Shown: piece by piece, positions 46,663-56,219 of the stretch | How positions within the stretch are numbered: position 1 is the first letter of the stretch | Layout: each line of letters opens with the position of its first letter | NCBI GenBank assembly: GCA_964650255.1 | Contig: CAZYQT010000004.1 | Location: 6,501-70,500, forward strand | Direction of reading: 5' to 3' | Length of the DNA stretch: 64,000 nucleotides | From: an uncultured Candidatus Saccharibacteria bacterium | GTDB lineage: Bacteria > Patescibacteriota > Doudnabacteria > UBA920 | The notes under the pieces: model-generated | The model's database searches: none | What the model saw: the letters and a program-made list of their open reading frames with translations, nothing else | What the model was told of the DNA's origin: nothing | Position numbers and translations under genes: made by a program

Positions 46663-48669
46663 ATGGCTGAATTAGAAACACAAGTCGTTAAAATCCAGCT
46701 GGGAGACAATAAACAGGCGACCAGCTATGTTTTTACTATGGCTGAGACTGTGGACAGCTCGCAGGCCGAATTGTATATGATTTGCGAATTGCCTTTGTTT
46801 AACCCTGCTGCAGCTGATGAATGTCAGCGCATTGCCGAAGCTATTGGCGCTTCCCTGCGACGTTCTTACCGCAGACCAGCTTCTGCGAATACCTTTGAAA
46901 ATGCCCTAACAGACATTAACGAAGAATTAGGTAAATTGCAGAACTTGGGCAAAACCCACTGGCTAGGAAAACTAAATGCGGTTATTGCAGTAAAATCAAA
47001 AAATAAATTATCTGTTACATCGGTTGGGAAAATTACTGCGCTCCTCCACCGTGACGGCAACTTCGCACCAGTAGCTGAGCCGAGCACGCCGCATCATCCT
47101 TTAAAAACTTTTGAAAACTTTTCTGAAGGCAAAATTCGTTTGGGTGATTTACTTGTGTTGTCGACTTCGCAATTGTTTAATCATATTTCGATTGATCGTT
47201 TCAAAAATATTTTGAAGCGGAACGATCTACCCGACACTGCTCAAGAAGTCATTGCCACTCTACAAGATGTAATGGGACCGGAAGCTGCTTGCGGCACAAT
47301 TCTTGCCAAACAAGTTGCGGCCGGCAGCCTTGACCCACAAGAAGAAACTGACCTTGGTGCTTACATGGCTGCGCCAAAAGTTATCTCCCGTAGTCAAGGG
47401 TCTGACTGGCTTGATAAATTAAAAGACGTTAGCTCGACTGCGGCTGTAATTGGTAAAAATGCCGGAGCGAGCTTAAAGCAAAAAATTAAATCGCGCCCCA
47501 AGCTAGCCGATGTTGTTAATAAGCGCGACGGCGCGCTACAAGTAGTCCAAAGCCAATTCAAAAAGGTGGGCAAAAGTTTACAGCCCGAAACAATAAAAGG
47601 TTATAGCAAGCAAAAGAAAATCTTTATGATTGCTGCTGCTATTTTATTAGTCGCCGTAATTGCTAACATTGGAGTGGCGAAATACTTAGGTAGCAAAACC
47701 AAAACTGTTACTTTGGCAAATGACAAGATTGCTTCTTTAGAAAAATTGCTGACCGATGCCGACTCTGCCCTGCTATACAAAGATGAGTCTCAAGCAGAGC
47801 GACTGCTGACCGATTTAGAAAATCAATTAAGCAGCTTAGGTGAAATAGATAAAGAGCAACAAGGTAAAATTGATGAGATAAAAACCAAAGCCACCGCTCT
47901 CCGAAACAAGCTAAGTGGTGTTGAGGAAGCCAAAGTTGAGACTCTTGGCACGCTCAGTAACAGCAATAATTTAATTGCCTTACCAACATATTTTGCCACC
48001 GAGTCTGGTCGCACAGTTACTAGTTTTAACCGCTCTACCAAGAGCATTTCCAATGATACTCTTCGTTCTAGTGAATCAATTGTATTAAGTGCATTCGTCA
48101 AAGACAACCAAGCGGTAATATTCAATGGCGATGAACTACAGCTTTGGGATTTTAAAACCGGGATTGTCGGTGGATCTTTTTCTGACAATGTCCCTTCTGC
48201 AGAAAACGCTCGCGGTCTAACTGTTTACAATAATAAAGCCTACCTATTAGATCGCGCCGGTAAAAAGGTGATGAAATACACTGTTGGCGATAGTAGCTTT
48301 AGTCAGCCAACTGCCTCTCTGGAGAATGTTTCGGAAATTAGTAAGGCTTCGGACATGGCAATTGATGGCAATATTTATATTGCTGGCAATGGCACGATTG
48401 TTAAATACAACTCTGGCACTAAGCAAGAATTTAATCTTGGCTTAAGCAATTTGCCGGATAACACCAAACTTTACACTGAAAATAGTTTTACCAACCTTTA
48501 TGTATTAGATCCAGCTGGCAAGCGAGTGGTAGTACTCAGTAAAGACGGCGCAGTTGTTCGCACTTTAAACAGCAGCCGGTTTAACGATCTAAAAGACTTT
48601 TACGTTGATGAAAAAGGGAAAGCTGTTTACGTGCTGAATAATAATCAGTTATTAAAGGTTAGTTTGTAA
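46663..48669 (+). CDS. large bitopic protein, hypothetical (possible degenerate PP2C-like cytoplasmic domain, TM, extracytoplasmic C-terminal domain)
   Basis: 668 aa. TM at IFMIAAAILLVAVIANIGVA. N-terminal segments loosely PP2C-like (GKLNAVIAVKSKNKLSVTSVG, GDLLVLSTSQLF). Weak. Confidence 0.4.
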   Translation: MAELETQVVKIQLGDNKQATSYVFTMAETVDSSQAELYMICELPLFNPAAADECQRIAEAIGASLRRSYRRPASANTFENALTDINEELGKLQNLGKTHWLGKLNAVIAVKSKNKLSVTSVGKITALLHRDGNFAPVAEPSTPHHPLKTFENFSEGKIRLGDLLVLSTSQLFNHISIDRFKNILKRNDLPDTAQEVIATLQDVMGPEAACGTILAKQVAAGSLDPQEETDLGAYMAAPKVISRSQGSDWLDKLKDVSSTAAVIGKNAGASLKQKIKSRPKLADVVNKRDGALQVVQSQFKKVGKSLQPETIKGYSKQKKIFMIAAAILLVAVIANIGVAKYLGSKTKTVTLANDKIASLEKLLTDADSALLYKDESQAERLLTDLENQLSSLGEIDKEQQGKIDEIKTKATALRNKLSGVEEAKVETLGTLSNSNNLIALPTYFATESGRTVTSFNRSTKSISNDTLRSSESIVLSAFVKDNQAVIFNGDELQLWDFKTGIVGGSFSDNVPSAENARGLTVYNNKAYLLDRAGKKVMKYTVGDSSFSQPTASLENVSEISKASDMAIDGNIYIAGNGTIVKYNSGTKQEFNLGLSNLPDNTKLYTENSFTNLYVLDPAGKRVVVLSKDGAVVRTLNSSRFNDLKDFYVDEKGKAVYVLNNNQLLKVSL

Positions 48670-48673
48670 AATT

Positions 48674-48702
48674 AAAAGACCCTCAATCGAGGGTCTTTTT
48701 TA
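48674..48702. terminator. bidirectional terminator (aaaagaccctcaatcgagggtctttttt)
   Basis: Perfect hairpin between the convergent 46663 gene and rplL. Confidence 0.65.
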
Positions 48703-48728
48703 AATCAGAATTATTTCTGAAGGTGTAG

Positions 48729-49148
48729 TTACTTAAGAGTAACGGTACCGCCAGCTTCTTCCAATTTCTTCTTCAATTCTTCAGCTTCAGCTTTAGGAGC
48801 GCCTTCCTTGATTGCTTTAGGAGCGCCATCTACGATGTCTTTAGCTTCCTTAAGACCAAGGCCAGTTACTTCGCGAACAACTTTAATCACATTGATCTTG
48901 TTGTCGCCAGCTGCTGTAAGTTCAACAGTGAATTCATCTTTTTCTTCAGCTGCTGCGCCACCGGCTGCAGGTGCTGCACCAGCCATCATCATAGGAGCGG
49001 CTGCGCTAACACCAAATTTATCTTCTAATACTTTTACTAGTTCTGAAAGTTCTAGAACAGAAAGCTTTTCAATAGAGCTTACTAGATCTGCAAACTTTGC
49101 AGGAACACTAACTTTTTCTTCGGCTTTTGTAGTTTCTTCGTCTGCCAT
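48729..49148 (-). CDS. rplL: 50S ribosomal protein L7/L12
   Basis: Ala-rich hinge and conserved C-terminal domain ([30 protein letters not shown]). Confidence 0.95.
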   Translation of the reverse strand: MADEETTKAEEKVSVPAKFADLVSSIEKLSVLELSELVKVLEDKFGVSAAAPMMMAGAAPAAGGAAAEEKDEFTVELTAAGDNKINVIKVVREVTGLGLKEAKDIVDGAPKAIKEGAPKAEAEELKKKLEEAGGTVTLK

Positions 49149-49168
49149 GTGTTTGAATAGTTAATTAA

Positions 49169-49681
49169 TTATTTTTGTGCGACTGCGTTCAAGACGTTAA
49201 TCAATGAACGGAGGTTGCCGGCCATCACATTAACGAAGCCAGATACTGGAGCGTTAATTGTACCGACCAATTTCGCACGGAGTTCATCTTTACTCGGAAG
49301 ATCAGCGAGAGCCATCATTTGCTCTTTGGAAGCAAAGCTGCCATCTAAAACTCCGGAAAGAATGCCAACAGTTTTGACTTCTTTACCAAATGTTTTGATG
49401 ATGCGAGCTGGAGCTACTTCATCTTCAGAGAAAGATACGATTACTGGAACTTTGTAGTCAAGATCCGTAGCATCAATACTAGCAGCTTCAAAAGCTTTCT
49501 TAATTAGAGGGCTCTTGTAAACTTTAGTTTGAATTCCTTCGGCAGAAAGTGCGCGACGGAATTTATCCATATCTTTTACGGTTGTACCGCGATATTCAGA
49601 CAAGACTACTGACTTAGCGCCTTTAAGGCGATCTGACAATTCCTGAAAATCGATTTCTTTTTGTGAACGTGTTTTTGCCAT
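49169..49681 (-). CDS. rplJ: 50S ribosomal protein L10
   Basis: 170 aa, L10 family, immediately upstream of rplL. Confidence 0.9.
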   Translation of the reverse strand: MAKTRSQKEIDFQELSDRLKGAKSVVLSEYRGTTVKDMDKFRRALSAEGIQTKVYKSPLIKKAFEAASIDATDLDYKVPVIVSFSEDEVAPARIIKTFGKEVKTVGILSGVLDGSFASKEQMMALADLPSKDELRAKLVGTINAPVSGFVNVMAGNLRSLINVLNAVAQK

Positions 49682-49932
49682 ATTTTAAATATGTTTCTTT
49701 GTGCGACCTCGCATAAAACGAGGAATTCGACCTTTATTAATGGCTACTATCCAGTGTTGAGAAAAAATAAAAGCTCGGTTTCCCGAGTACAAAATTGCGC
49801 TCTCCAAAAGGAGGCGGTTGTTGTTCCTCGGCGGGCCGCTGGGCTAGAAAGTCCAACATTTAAGGCCATTTTCTTGCGAATTTAGCCGCCAACTGTCTTG
49901 GGATATGTAGTTAATTGAATTATAGCATATTG
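49682..49932 (-). promoter_or_regulatory. rplJ promoter and about 200-nt untranslated leader (candidate L10-leader autoregulatory element)
   Basis: Minus-strand TTGACT, N16, TATAAT at about 49898-49930. GC-rich structured segment (ggcggttgttgttcctcggcgggccgctgggc) in the leader. Confidence 0.4.
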
Positions 49933-50022
49933 ACAGAAATAGTCAAATATAGTAGATTATTGAAACTAAAATACAAATCCGTTACTTAAATTTATTATGA
50001 TGCAAAGGCAAAAGGAGGGCCT

Positions 50023-50307
50023 ATGTCAAAGATTGTTTTAGGACTCGGGCATAAGCCCGGAAAGAGATACAACTTCACTAGAGATGCGGAGCCACTCGAA
50101 ATGTACCAAACCGCACAGGTGGGACAATTCGTGGAGCTAACCAATGAAATTGAAGGCTGGATCGAGAGGATCACCCTTAGCGAAAATCGAGATGTAAAAT
50201 ACATTTTCATCTCTGCGAATAACAAAGAAGAGTTCGAAAAAATTCTCCAAGCAGATTCGCGTTGGGTATTACGAGATAATCCGATCGTCGAAGCTGGCGA
50301 AGACTAG
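50023..50307 (+). CDS. small hypothetical protein
   Basis: 94 aa. GGAGGG SD. Promoter-like TTGACA, N17, TAGATT at about 49930-49960. Confidence 0.4.
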   Translation: MSKIVLGLGHKPGKRYNFTRDAEPLEMYQTAQVGQFVELTNEIEGWIERITLSENRDVKYIFISANNKEEFEKILQADSRWVLRDNPIVEAGED

Positions 50308-50329
50308 CTTCTTAACAACAATCCAAACG

Positions 50330-50362
50330 AAAATCCGCGTCTAAAATCAGACGCGGATTTTT
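50330..50362. terminator. bidirectional terminator (aaatccgcgtct..agacgcggattttt)
   Basis: 12-bp stem plus T5. Overlaps the stop codon of the convergent minus-strand gene. Confidence 0.65.
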
Positions 50363-51440
50363 AATATACCTGATTTCTTATTACCGCCATTAATTTACCC
50401 ATATCATCACCTTTAACAGTTTGGTGGACATCATTCCGAAGATAATCGAACCTCGCTTGGCGATCTTTCTCATTCTTTTCGCTCTGTATCGTTGTCATTT
50501 TCATATGCCAATCTTCATTCTGAGAAATAAGCTTCATGACCATGTTGAATCTCATTTTCAAAAACATCATATAATTTTGACGGTAAATTTCTGAAGCAGC
50601 CGGATCCTTTTCTTTAAAATACCTATAAAAAGTGTCGGCTTGTTTTTCCATCTGATACAAAATCCGATACCAAATTTTATTACTCGTTAGATTTGTCTTT
50701 TTAAGAAGCTCATTTTTTTCGGTTGATGTTGTGGCAGAATTAAAATTGTCTCGCCACATTTTCCAGCCTTCAATCATCTCCATCAACTCTTCTGGTTTGG
50801 CATTAATAATATAGCGAGGAATCTTCACTGCACCCATAATTGGCAACCGAGTCCCATCTAGACCATCATTGGCTTCTCGATAATATTTAATTTCTGTAAG
50901 CGACTGAGTCTTAAATCTCTCATATAAATCTCTGAACTTTTTGCGATGTCCACTTTTACTAATGGTAACATCGACCCCAACCGCAAAATTCCCTGGTTTA
51001 GCCTCTGGGTTCTTTTGCTGGGGAAATTCTAGAACTAAATCAATTTTTCGCATGATATCATCAAAATCAGATGTTGATTGCGCCCTAATCTCTCCCCGCT
51101 TCATCCCGAAACCGCGAGACAAAATTGTATGGTCAGAACATATCGCTTCGAATTCTCTGGCTAAAATATCCAATTTCTTTTGAGTTTCGCGCTCCTCGTC
51201 TGTCATCTCAGACGCCTGTAAAGCTCTAGCGAAGTCTAATTTCCTTCCCTCAACCTTTTTCTTATCAAACTCTATTACGCTTGAATCATAAACATTTGCG
51301 AACTCGTCTTCATCAATCTGATTGCGCTCAACGTTGGGGGTAATATATTGATCAGAAAAAGACTCCAGGTCTTCTAAAGACAAGGTTTTATGTTCAGGAC
51401 CGACTCTAAAAAATTCTTCACTATGTACTCTTCTCATCAT
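50361..51440 (-). CDS. hypothetical protein, last gene of ATL-DUF218 operon
   Basis: 359 aa, soluble, charged. No family recognised. 4-nt overlap with the upstream gene. Confidence 0.45.
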   Translation of the reverse strand: MMRRVHSEEFFRVGPEHKTLSLEDLESFSDQYITPNVERNQIDEDEFANVYDSSVIEFDKKKVEGRKLDFARALQASEMTDEERETQKKLDILAREFEAICSDHTILSRGFGMKRGEIRAQSTSDFDDIMRKIDLVLEFPQQKNPEAKPGNFAVGVDVTISKSGHRKKFRDLYERFKTQSLTEIKYYREANDGLDGTRLPIMGAVKIPRYIINAKPEELMEMIEGWKMWRDNFNSATTSTEKNELLKKTNLTSNKIWYRILYQMEKQADTFYRYFKEKDPAASEIYRQNYMMFLKMRFNMVMKLISQNEDWHMKMTTIQSEKNEKDRQARFDYLRNDVHQTVKGDDMGKLMAVIRNQVY

Positions 51441-52018
51441 CCAGTTATAAATTTAGGAATATAATTCAACATAGCCACAAACTCACGCCAGTAATAAAAT
51501 CGTAGTTCACCGCGACGATAATAGCCAGAACTGGGAGCGCTCCAATATACATCATCAAATCCTGCTCGCTTGGCCATCAATACACCGCGAGCCAAATGAA
51601 ACGCATCGCTTACGATAATAATCGAATCATGAGCTTTCCCCTCTTCTACTAATTTAGCCTTTGAGTTCTTAATATTCTCATAAGTATTATGCGAGTCTTG
51701 CTCTAAAATATAATCTACCTTTTCTTTAGCGTTCTTCTTGATTACTTTCTCCATATACTGAGCTTCTGAAATGTCGGCGTCAGAAATCTTGCCGCCGGAC
51801 AGAACCATGACGTCTACATTGTCTTGCTCGTAAAGCCCCAACCCTTCCATTGTTCTATTTGTTAAAGCAGGAGTGTTAATGGCCGCGCCCAATATAATGA
51901 CCGCATCGGCATGTTTTATTTCTGGACGAACGTGAGCAATTCCCCACACCAAAGCCACGTCTGCTACAACCAGCAAACCTAAAAATATACCAACGGAGAT
52001 TAAAATTTTCTTGATCAT
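51437..52018 (-). CDS. DUF218 (YdcF/SanA/ElyC-like) protein with N-terminal membrane anchor
   Basis: N-terminal TM. DAVIILGAAI...VMVLSGG...NTYEN...IIVSDAFHLAR is characteristic of DUF218. Confidence 0.6.
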   Translation of the reverse strand: MIKKILISVGIFLGLLVVADVALVWGIAHVRPEIKHADAVIILGAAINTPALTNRTMEGLGLYEQDNVDVMVLSGGKISDADISEAQYMEKVIKKNAKEKVDYILEQDSHNTYENIKNSKAKLVEEGKAHDSIIIVSDAFHLARGVLMAKRAGFDDVYWSAPSSGYYRRGELRFYYWREFVAMLNYIPKFITG

Positions 52019-52371
52019 TTTTTATGAGATTCTTTGAGCAGCTTTTTTAAAGCTCTGACAGGGGAGAAGTAATAGCGAAATTTTTCAATATCAATTTTGA
52101 GATCTTTGCTCACCACAACGCCTTCATTTTCTAAAAATTTTTTCTGAGCTAGGGGAGTGGACATTACATTTCCTTTAATACTAATGTAGCCAGCGTTGTT
52201 TATCACCCGCCACCACGGAACGGAATTGTTGCCATCTAAAGTATGCAGCATCCAGCCGACTTGGCGGGCCGCCCTGGGCGAGCCGCATTCTGCTGCCACC
52301 TGGCCATAACTAACCACTTTTCCTTTCGGCACCTTCCCCACCACCTGCATGACCTTATCCTTGAAATTCAT
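52015..52371 (-). CDS. alkyltransferase-like (ATL) protein: MGMT-fold DNA-binding domain with Trp in place of the acceptor Cys
   Basis: VVSYGQVAAECGSPRAARQVGWMLH...PWWRVIN corresponds to the Ogt motif ...PCHRV... with Cys replaced by Trp, as in ATL proteins. Confidence 0.6.
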   Translation of the reverse strand: MNFKDKVMQVVGKVPKGKVVSYGQVAAECGSPRAARQVGWMLHTLDGNNSVPWWRVINNAGYISIKGNVMSTPLAQKKFLENEGVVVSKDLKIDIEKFRYYFSPVRALKKLLKESHKK

Positions 52372-52412
52372 ATACCTTTATTATATAATACTTGCATTAG
52401 TAAAAGAAATTT

Positions 52413-52931
52413 ATGGGATTCAAACATGTACCTTACGGCAGCCTAGAAGAATTTAACGTGATCGTAGAAATTCCACAAGGCAGCCAAGATAAATACGAAT
52501 ATCGCGAAGACCTAGACTTAATTGAACTAGATCGCGTGCTTTTCACTGCCCAGCGCTACCCTTGTAACTATGGATTCATTCCGCAGACTCGGGCTGAAGA
52601 TGGTGATCATTCTGATGTATTGCTTTTCTCAACAAACCCATTCTTCCACGGAGCAATGGTTAATGCCCGCGCTATTGGCTTTATGAAAATGGATGACAGT
52701 GGTGAAGTTGATGATAAAATTTTAGCAGTGCCTGTGCACGATGCACGGTTCGCTCACGTTAAATCACTTGAAGACCTACCAGACCATTCACCAAAAGAAA
52801 TTGCCAACTTCTTTGAGACCTATAAATTGCTACAGAACAAGGAAGTAAAAGTAACTGGATTTGAACCGAAGGAAAAAGCTTTGGAATATATTCAAAAGAC
52901 ACTGGACATTTACGCAAACGAGAAGAAATAG
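52413..52931 (+). CDS. ppa: inorganic pyrophosphatase (family I)
   Basis: 172 aa. Conserved Asp cluster region (EDGDHSDVLLFS, DDKILAVPVHD). Confidence 0.9.
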   Translation: MGFKHVPYGSLEEFNVIVEIPQGSQDKYEYREDLDLIELDRVLFTAQRYPCNYGFIPQTRAEDGDHSDVLLFSTNPFFHGAMVNARAIGFMKMDDSGEVDDKILAVPVHDARFAHVKSLEDLPDHSPKEIANFFETYKLLQNKEVKVTGFEPKEKALEYIQKTLDIYANEKK

Positions 52932-52958
52932 AAAAAACCGCCAGATGGCGGTTTTTTA
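52932..52958. terminator. bidirectional terminator (aaaaaaccgccagatggcggtttttt)
   Basis: Hairpin with A6/T6 flanks. Confidence 0.65.
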
Positions 52959-52969
52959 TTTAAAATATT

Positions 52970-53629
52970 TTACTTAATCGAGCTTAAACACTGTTGTTTC
53001 TCAACTCCAGAGAGAGAATTGCAAACTTGGGCGCGAATGGCTGCCTGTTGGTCTGCAGGGCTTAACGGGCTTGCCGCACCTGACCCCGCTGCGGCTCCCG
53101 CAGAGAAGTTTGGCAACTCATTGAAAGTCACCCCGCTTGGTAATTCAAACTTACTACCATCTATAGTCCAACCCTCACATTTAAAATCATGATTTTCTTC
53201 TAGGCTGGCTTGTTGCTGTGAGTTGGCATTGGTGTTAGCAACTGCCGCATTTGGATCAAATGCCATTTTAATGGCCATCTTGCCATCATCACTCCACATA
53301 TAAGTAGTGTTGCCCATGTTAATCATATGACTTTGACCAGACATAGAACTAGCGGTAAAATCTCCGCGCATCTTGCCATCGCCAACATAGATAGTGCCTT
53401 CAGAAGTAGCGCCGCTTTCGCCCTGCACTGAATATGTACACTTTTGACTCTTCCCTGCTGCGATCAACGACTTAATCGAGCCGCTTTCTGTGCTTGAACT
53501 ACTTGCTTGGGAAGCTGTTTCGGAATTGGAAGCCACCTCCGCTTTTTGACCCTTGTTGCGAGTCACAAGGAAAACACCGGCGACTATAACAATCACCACG
53601 ATAATCCCTGTAATAATTTTACTGTTCAT
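52970..53629 (-). CDS. membrane-anchored Ser/Ala-rich hypothetical protein
   Basis: 219 aa. N-terminal TM, low-complexity Ser-rich linker, C-terminal domain with 4 Cys. Confidence 0.4.
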   Translation of the reverse strand: MNSKIITGIIVVIVIVAGVFLVTRNKGQKAEVASNSETASQASSSSTESGSIKSLIAAGKSQKCTYSVQGESGATSEGTIYVGDGKMRGDFTASSMSGQSHMINMGNTTYMWSDDGKMAIKMAFDPNAAVANTNANSQQQASLEENHDFKCEGWTIDGSKFELPSGVTFNELPNFSAGAAAGSGAASPLSPADQQAAIRAQVCNSLSGVEKQQCLSSIK

Positions 53630-53703
53630 TGTTTTGATGAATTACTAATCTTGGCTCCAGTATAACAAAAAATCGCCGCGAGGGCGATTTTTAAAACAGT
53701 CGA

Positions 53704-56169
53704 CTAAATAACCAAGTTAACAATTCTCCCCTTTACATAGATGAACTGTTTTGGTTGTTGCCCAAGCAAGTGCTTAGTGACTGTTTCGTTGCTCAAAACC
53801 AATTCTTTCAATTCATCCTCGGAGATGTCTGGGCTCACTTCAACATCGGTGCGGCGCTTGCCGTTAATTTGCACTGGTAAAGTAATGACTTCTTCTTTTA
53901 CTAATTCCTCATTAAACTTTGGCCACTGGGAAATATGGATTGACTCTTCCCCACCCATTTGTTGCCACAACTCTTCAGTCATGTGTGGGGCGAATGGAGC
54001 AAGCAGAGAAATGAATAATTTAAAATCAGCGACACTAACTGGTAGTTCTTGAATTTCATTCAAGCACATCATCATTTTTGAAACTGCAGTGTTGAATTTA
54101 AAACTTTCAATGTCTTCACCCACTTTTTTGATAGCTTTATGAATTGATGCCACTGCGTTTGCATCTGACTCACTCACCTGTTCCTTAACAACTCTTTCTG
54201 CCAAGCGCCAAACGCGTTCTAAGAAACGACGACTGCCCATAAGATCATTGTCATTCCAAGGAGCTGGTTTTTCGAATGGTCCAATAAACATTTCGTACAA
54301 ACGGAATGCATCTGCGCCTGCGGCTTCAACCACTTCTTCTGGCGAACGGCTATTGCCTTTGCGCTTGGAAATTTTTGTACCATCAGAAGCTAAAATATAA
54401 CCCAAAAATTCCAGGCGCTCAAAAGGTTCAGGGAAATCTATCATGCCAGCGTCTTGCATCACTTTATGCCAAAATCTCCCATAAATAAGGTGAGCCACGG
54501 CATGGTCTGCACCGCTATAAACGTTCACTGGGCCCCAATAGTTCGCTGACTCCTTAGAAAATGGCTCCTGGGAGTTCTGAGGGTCCATGTAGCGCAGCCA
54601 GTACCAAGATGATCCTGCCCACTGCGGCATAGTGTTAGTTTCGCGACGTACTGGAATCCAATCTACATCTTCAGCACCAGCCACGTATGCAGTTTTGACT
54701 TCGCCTGTTGTTGGATTAATTTGCGCATTCACCCACTGCGGGATTCCCGCTAAAGGTCCTTCAATATTTCCGGTTGGCTGATAGCTTTCCACTTTAGGTA
54801 GCTGCATGCTCTTCAAAAATTCTGGAATAACCGGCACTGCAAAAAATTCTTCCAGCTCACTAGACCCTTCTGTATCTTCTTTGTAAGTCACTGGTTCTTT
54901 GGGTAACCAATCTTTTGCTGGACCGGATGCAATTTTTTCGTAAGCCTCTTTCCCCTGCACCCAAACAATTGGGAAAGGTTCACCCCAAAAACGCTGACGA
55001 GAAAATACCCAATCACGAATTTTGTAACGCTTCTTGGCGCTTGCTCCAACCAACTTAGCCGCAGCATCAATTTGCATTGGCTCAAAAGGTTCCACAGCCC
55101 AACCCATAACTGCAGCCATTTCTTTATCGCGTTCATCTAAATGGGGAACAGCCATAATCGCACCTGTGCCATAACTATTCAAAACATAATCAGCTACCAC
55201 AATTGGGATTTGCTGGTTAGTCACCAAGTTAGTTGCTGTAACACCATCAATTACAACTCCTGTTTTTTGATTCAAAGTTTGGCGATCAAGTTCAGTTTTC
55301 TGTTTGGACTGTTCAATGTAATCTTCGACTTCTTTAACATTGCTAGCGTGAGCAAGTAGTTGCTGCACCAATTCATTTTCTGGAGCAAGCGCCAAGAAAG
55401 TAGCACCGGGAAGAGTTTCAATCTTAGTTGTGTAAACTGGAATACTAATCCCCGCGCTTGTTGCAAATTCAAACTCATGTCCTTCACTCCGGCCGATCCA
55501 CTGTCGCTGCGCATTCTTAACTTTCTCTGGCCACTTTGGAAGGAGTTCTAAATCATCAACTAAACGATCCGCATACTCAGTAATTTTTAGCACCCACTGA
55601 CGCATTGGCGTTTGGATAACCGGATAACCACCGCGCTCACTCTTACCATTAACGATATCTTCATTGGCAAGCACAGTACCCAAGTCTGGACACCAGTTCA
55701 CAGTTGTAATTTGATTGACCGCTAATCCCCTTCGGAAAAATTCCAAAAAGATACGCTGGGTGTGTTTGTAATATTCCGGATCAGTAGTGTTAATTTCGCG
55801 AGACCAATCATAACTAATGCCAAGCATTTTTAGCTGGCGTTTAAAGGTCGTGATATTTCGCTCAACAGTTACACTCGGATACTCTTTATTTTCGATCGCA
55901 GTTTCTTCTGCAGGCAAGCCAAAAGCATCCCACCCCATTGGATGGAGCACGTCATAGCCTTGCATGCGCTTCATGCGCGAGTAAACATCGGTGGCAACGT
56001 AACCGCGCGGATGCCCAACGTGCATAGAGCTACCTGATGGGTAAGGGAACATGTCGGCAACGTAAGCGCGAGGCTTGTCGGCCGTATCAAAATTATCGAC
56101 TTCGTAAATACGGTCGGATTCCCACTTTTCCTGCCATTTTTGCTCAAATTTTTTGGGTTCGAATTTCAT
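53704..56169 (-). CDS. leuS: leucyl-tRNA synthetase
   Basis: 821 aa. HIGH-region (HVGHPRGY). KMSKS-like KISKRKGN. Editing-domain insertion. Confidence 0.95.
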   Translation of the reverse strand: MKFEPKKFEQKWQEKWESDRIYEVDNFDTADKPRAYVADMFPYPSGSSMHVGHPRGYVATDVYSRMKRMQGYDVLHPMGWDAFGLPAEETAIENKEYPSVTVERNITTFKRQLKMLGISYDWSREINTTDPEYYKHTQRIFLEFFRRGLAVNQITTVNWCPDLGTVLANEDIVNGKSERGGYPVIQTPMRQWVLKITEYADRLVDDLELLPKWPEKVKNAQRQWIGRSEGHEFEFATSAGISIPVYTTKIETLPGATFLALAPENELVQQLLAHASNVKEVEDYIEQSKQKTELDRQTLNQKTGVVIDGVTATNLVTNQQIPIVVADYVLNSYGTGAIMAVPHLDERDKEMAAVMGWAVEPFEPMQIDAAAKLVGASAKKRYKIRDWVFSRQRFWGEPFPIVWVQGKEAYEKIASGPAKDWLPKEPVTYKEDTEGSSELEEFFAVPVIPEFLKSMQLPKVESYQPTGNIEGPLAGIPQWVNAQINPTTGEVKTAYVAGAEDVDWIPVRRETNTMPQWAGSSWYWLRYMDPQNSQEPFSKESANYWGPVNVYSGADHAVAHLIYGRFWHKVMQDAGMIDFPEPFERLEFLGYILASDGTKISKRKGNSRSPEEVVEAAGADAFRLYEMFIGPFEKPAPWNDNDLMGSRRFLERVWRLAERVVKEQVSESDANAVASIHKAIKKVGEDIESFKFNTAVSKMMMCLNEIQELPVSVADFKLFISLLAPFAPHMTEELWQQMGGEESIHISQWPKFNEELVKEEVITLPVQINGKRRTDVEVSPDISEDELKELVLSNETVTKHLLGQQPKQFIYVKGRIVNLVI

Positions 56170-56219
56170 ATTACCTAAGGATTATAGCAAAAACTCGCCT
56201 TGGCGGCGAGTTTTATTGT

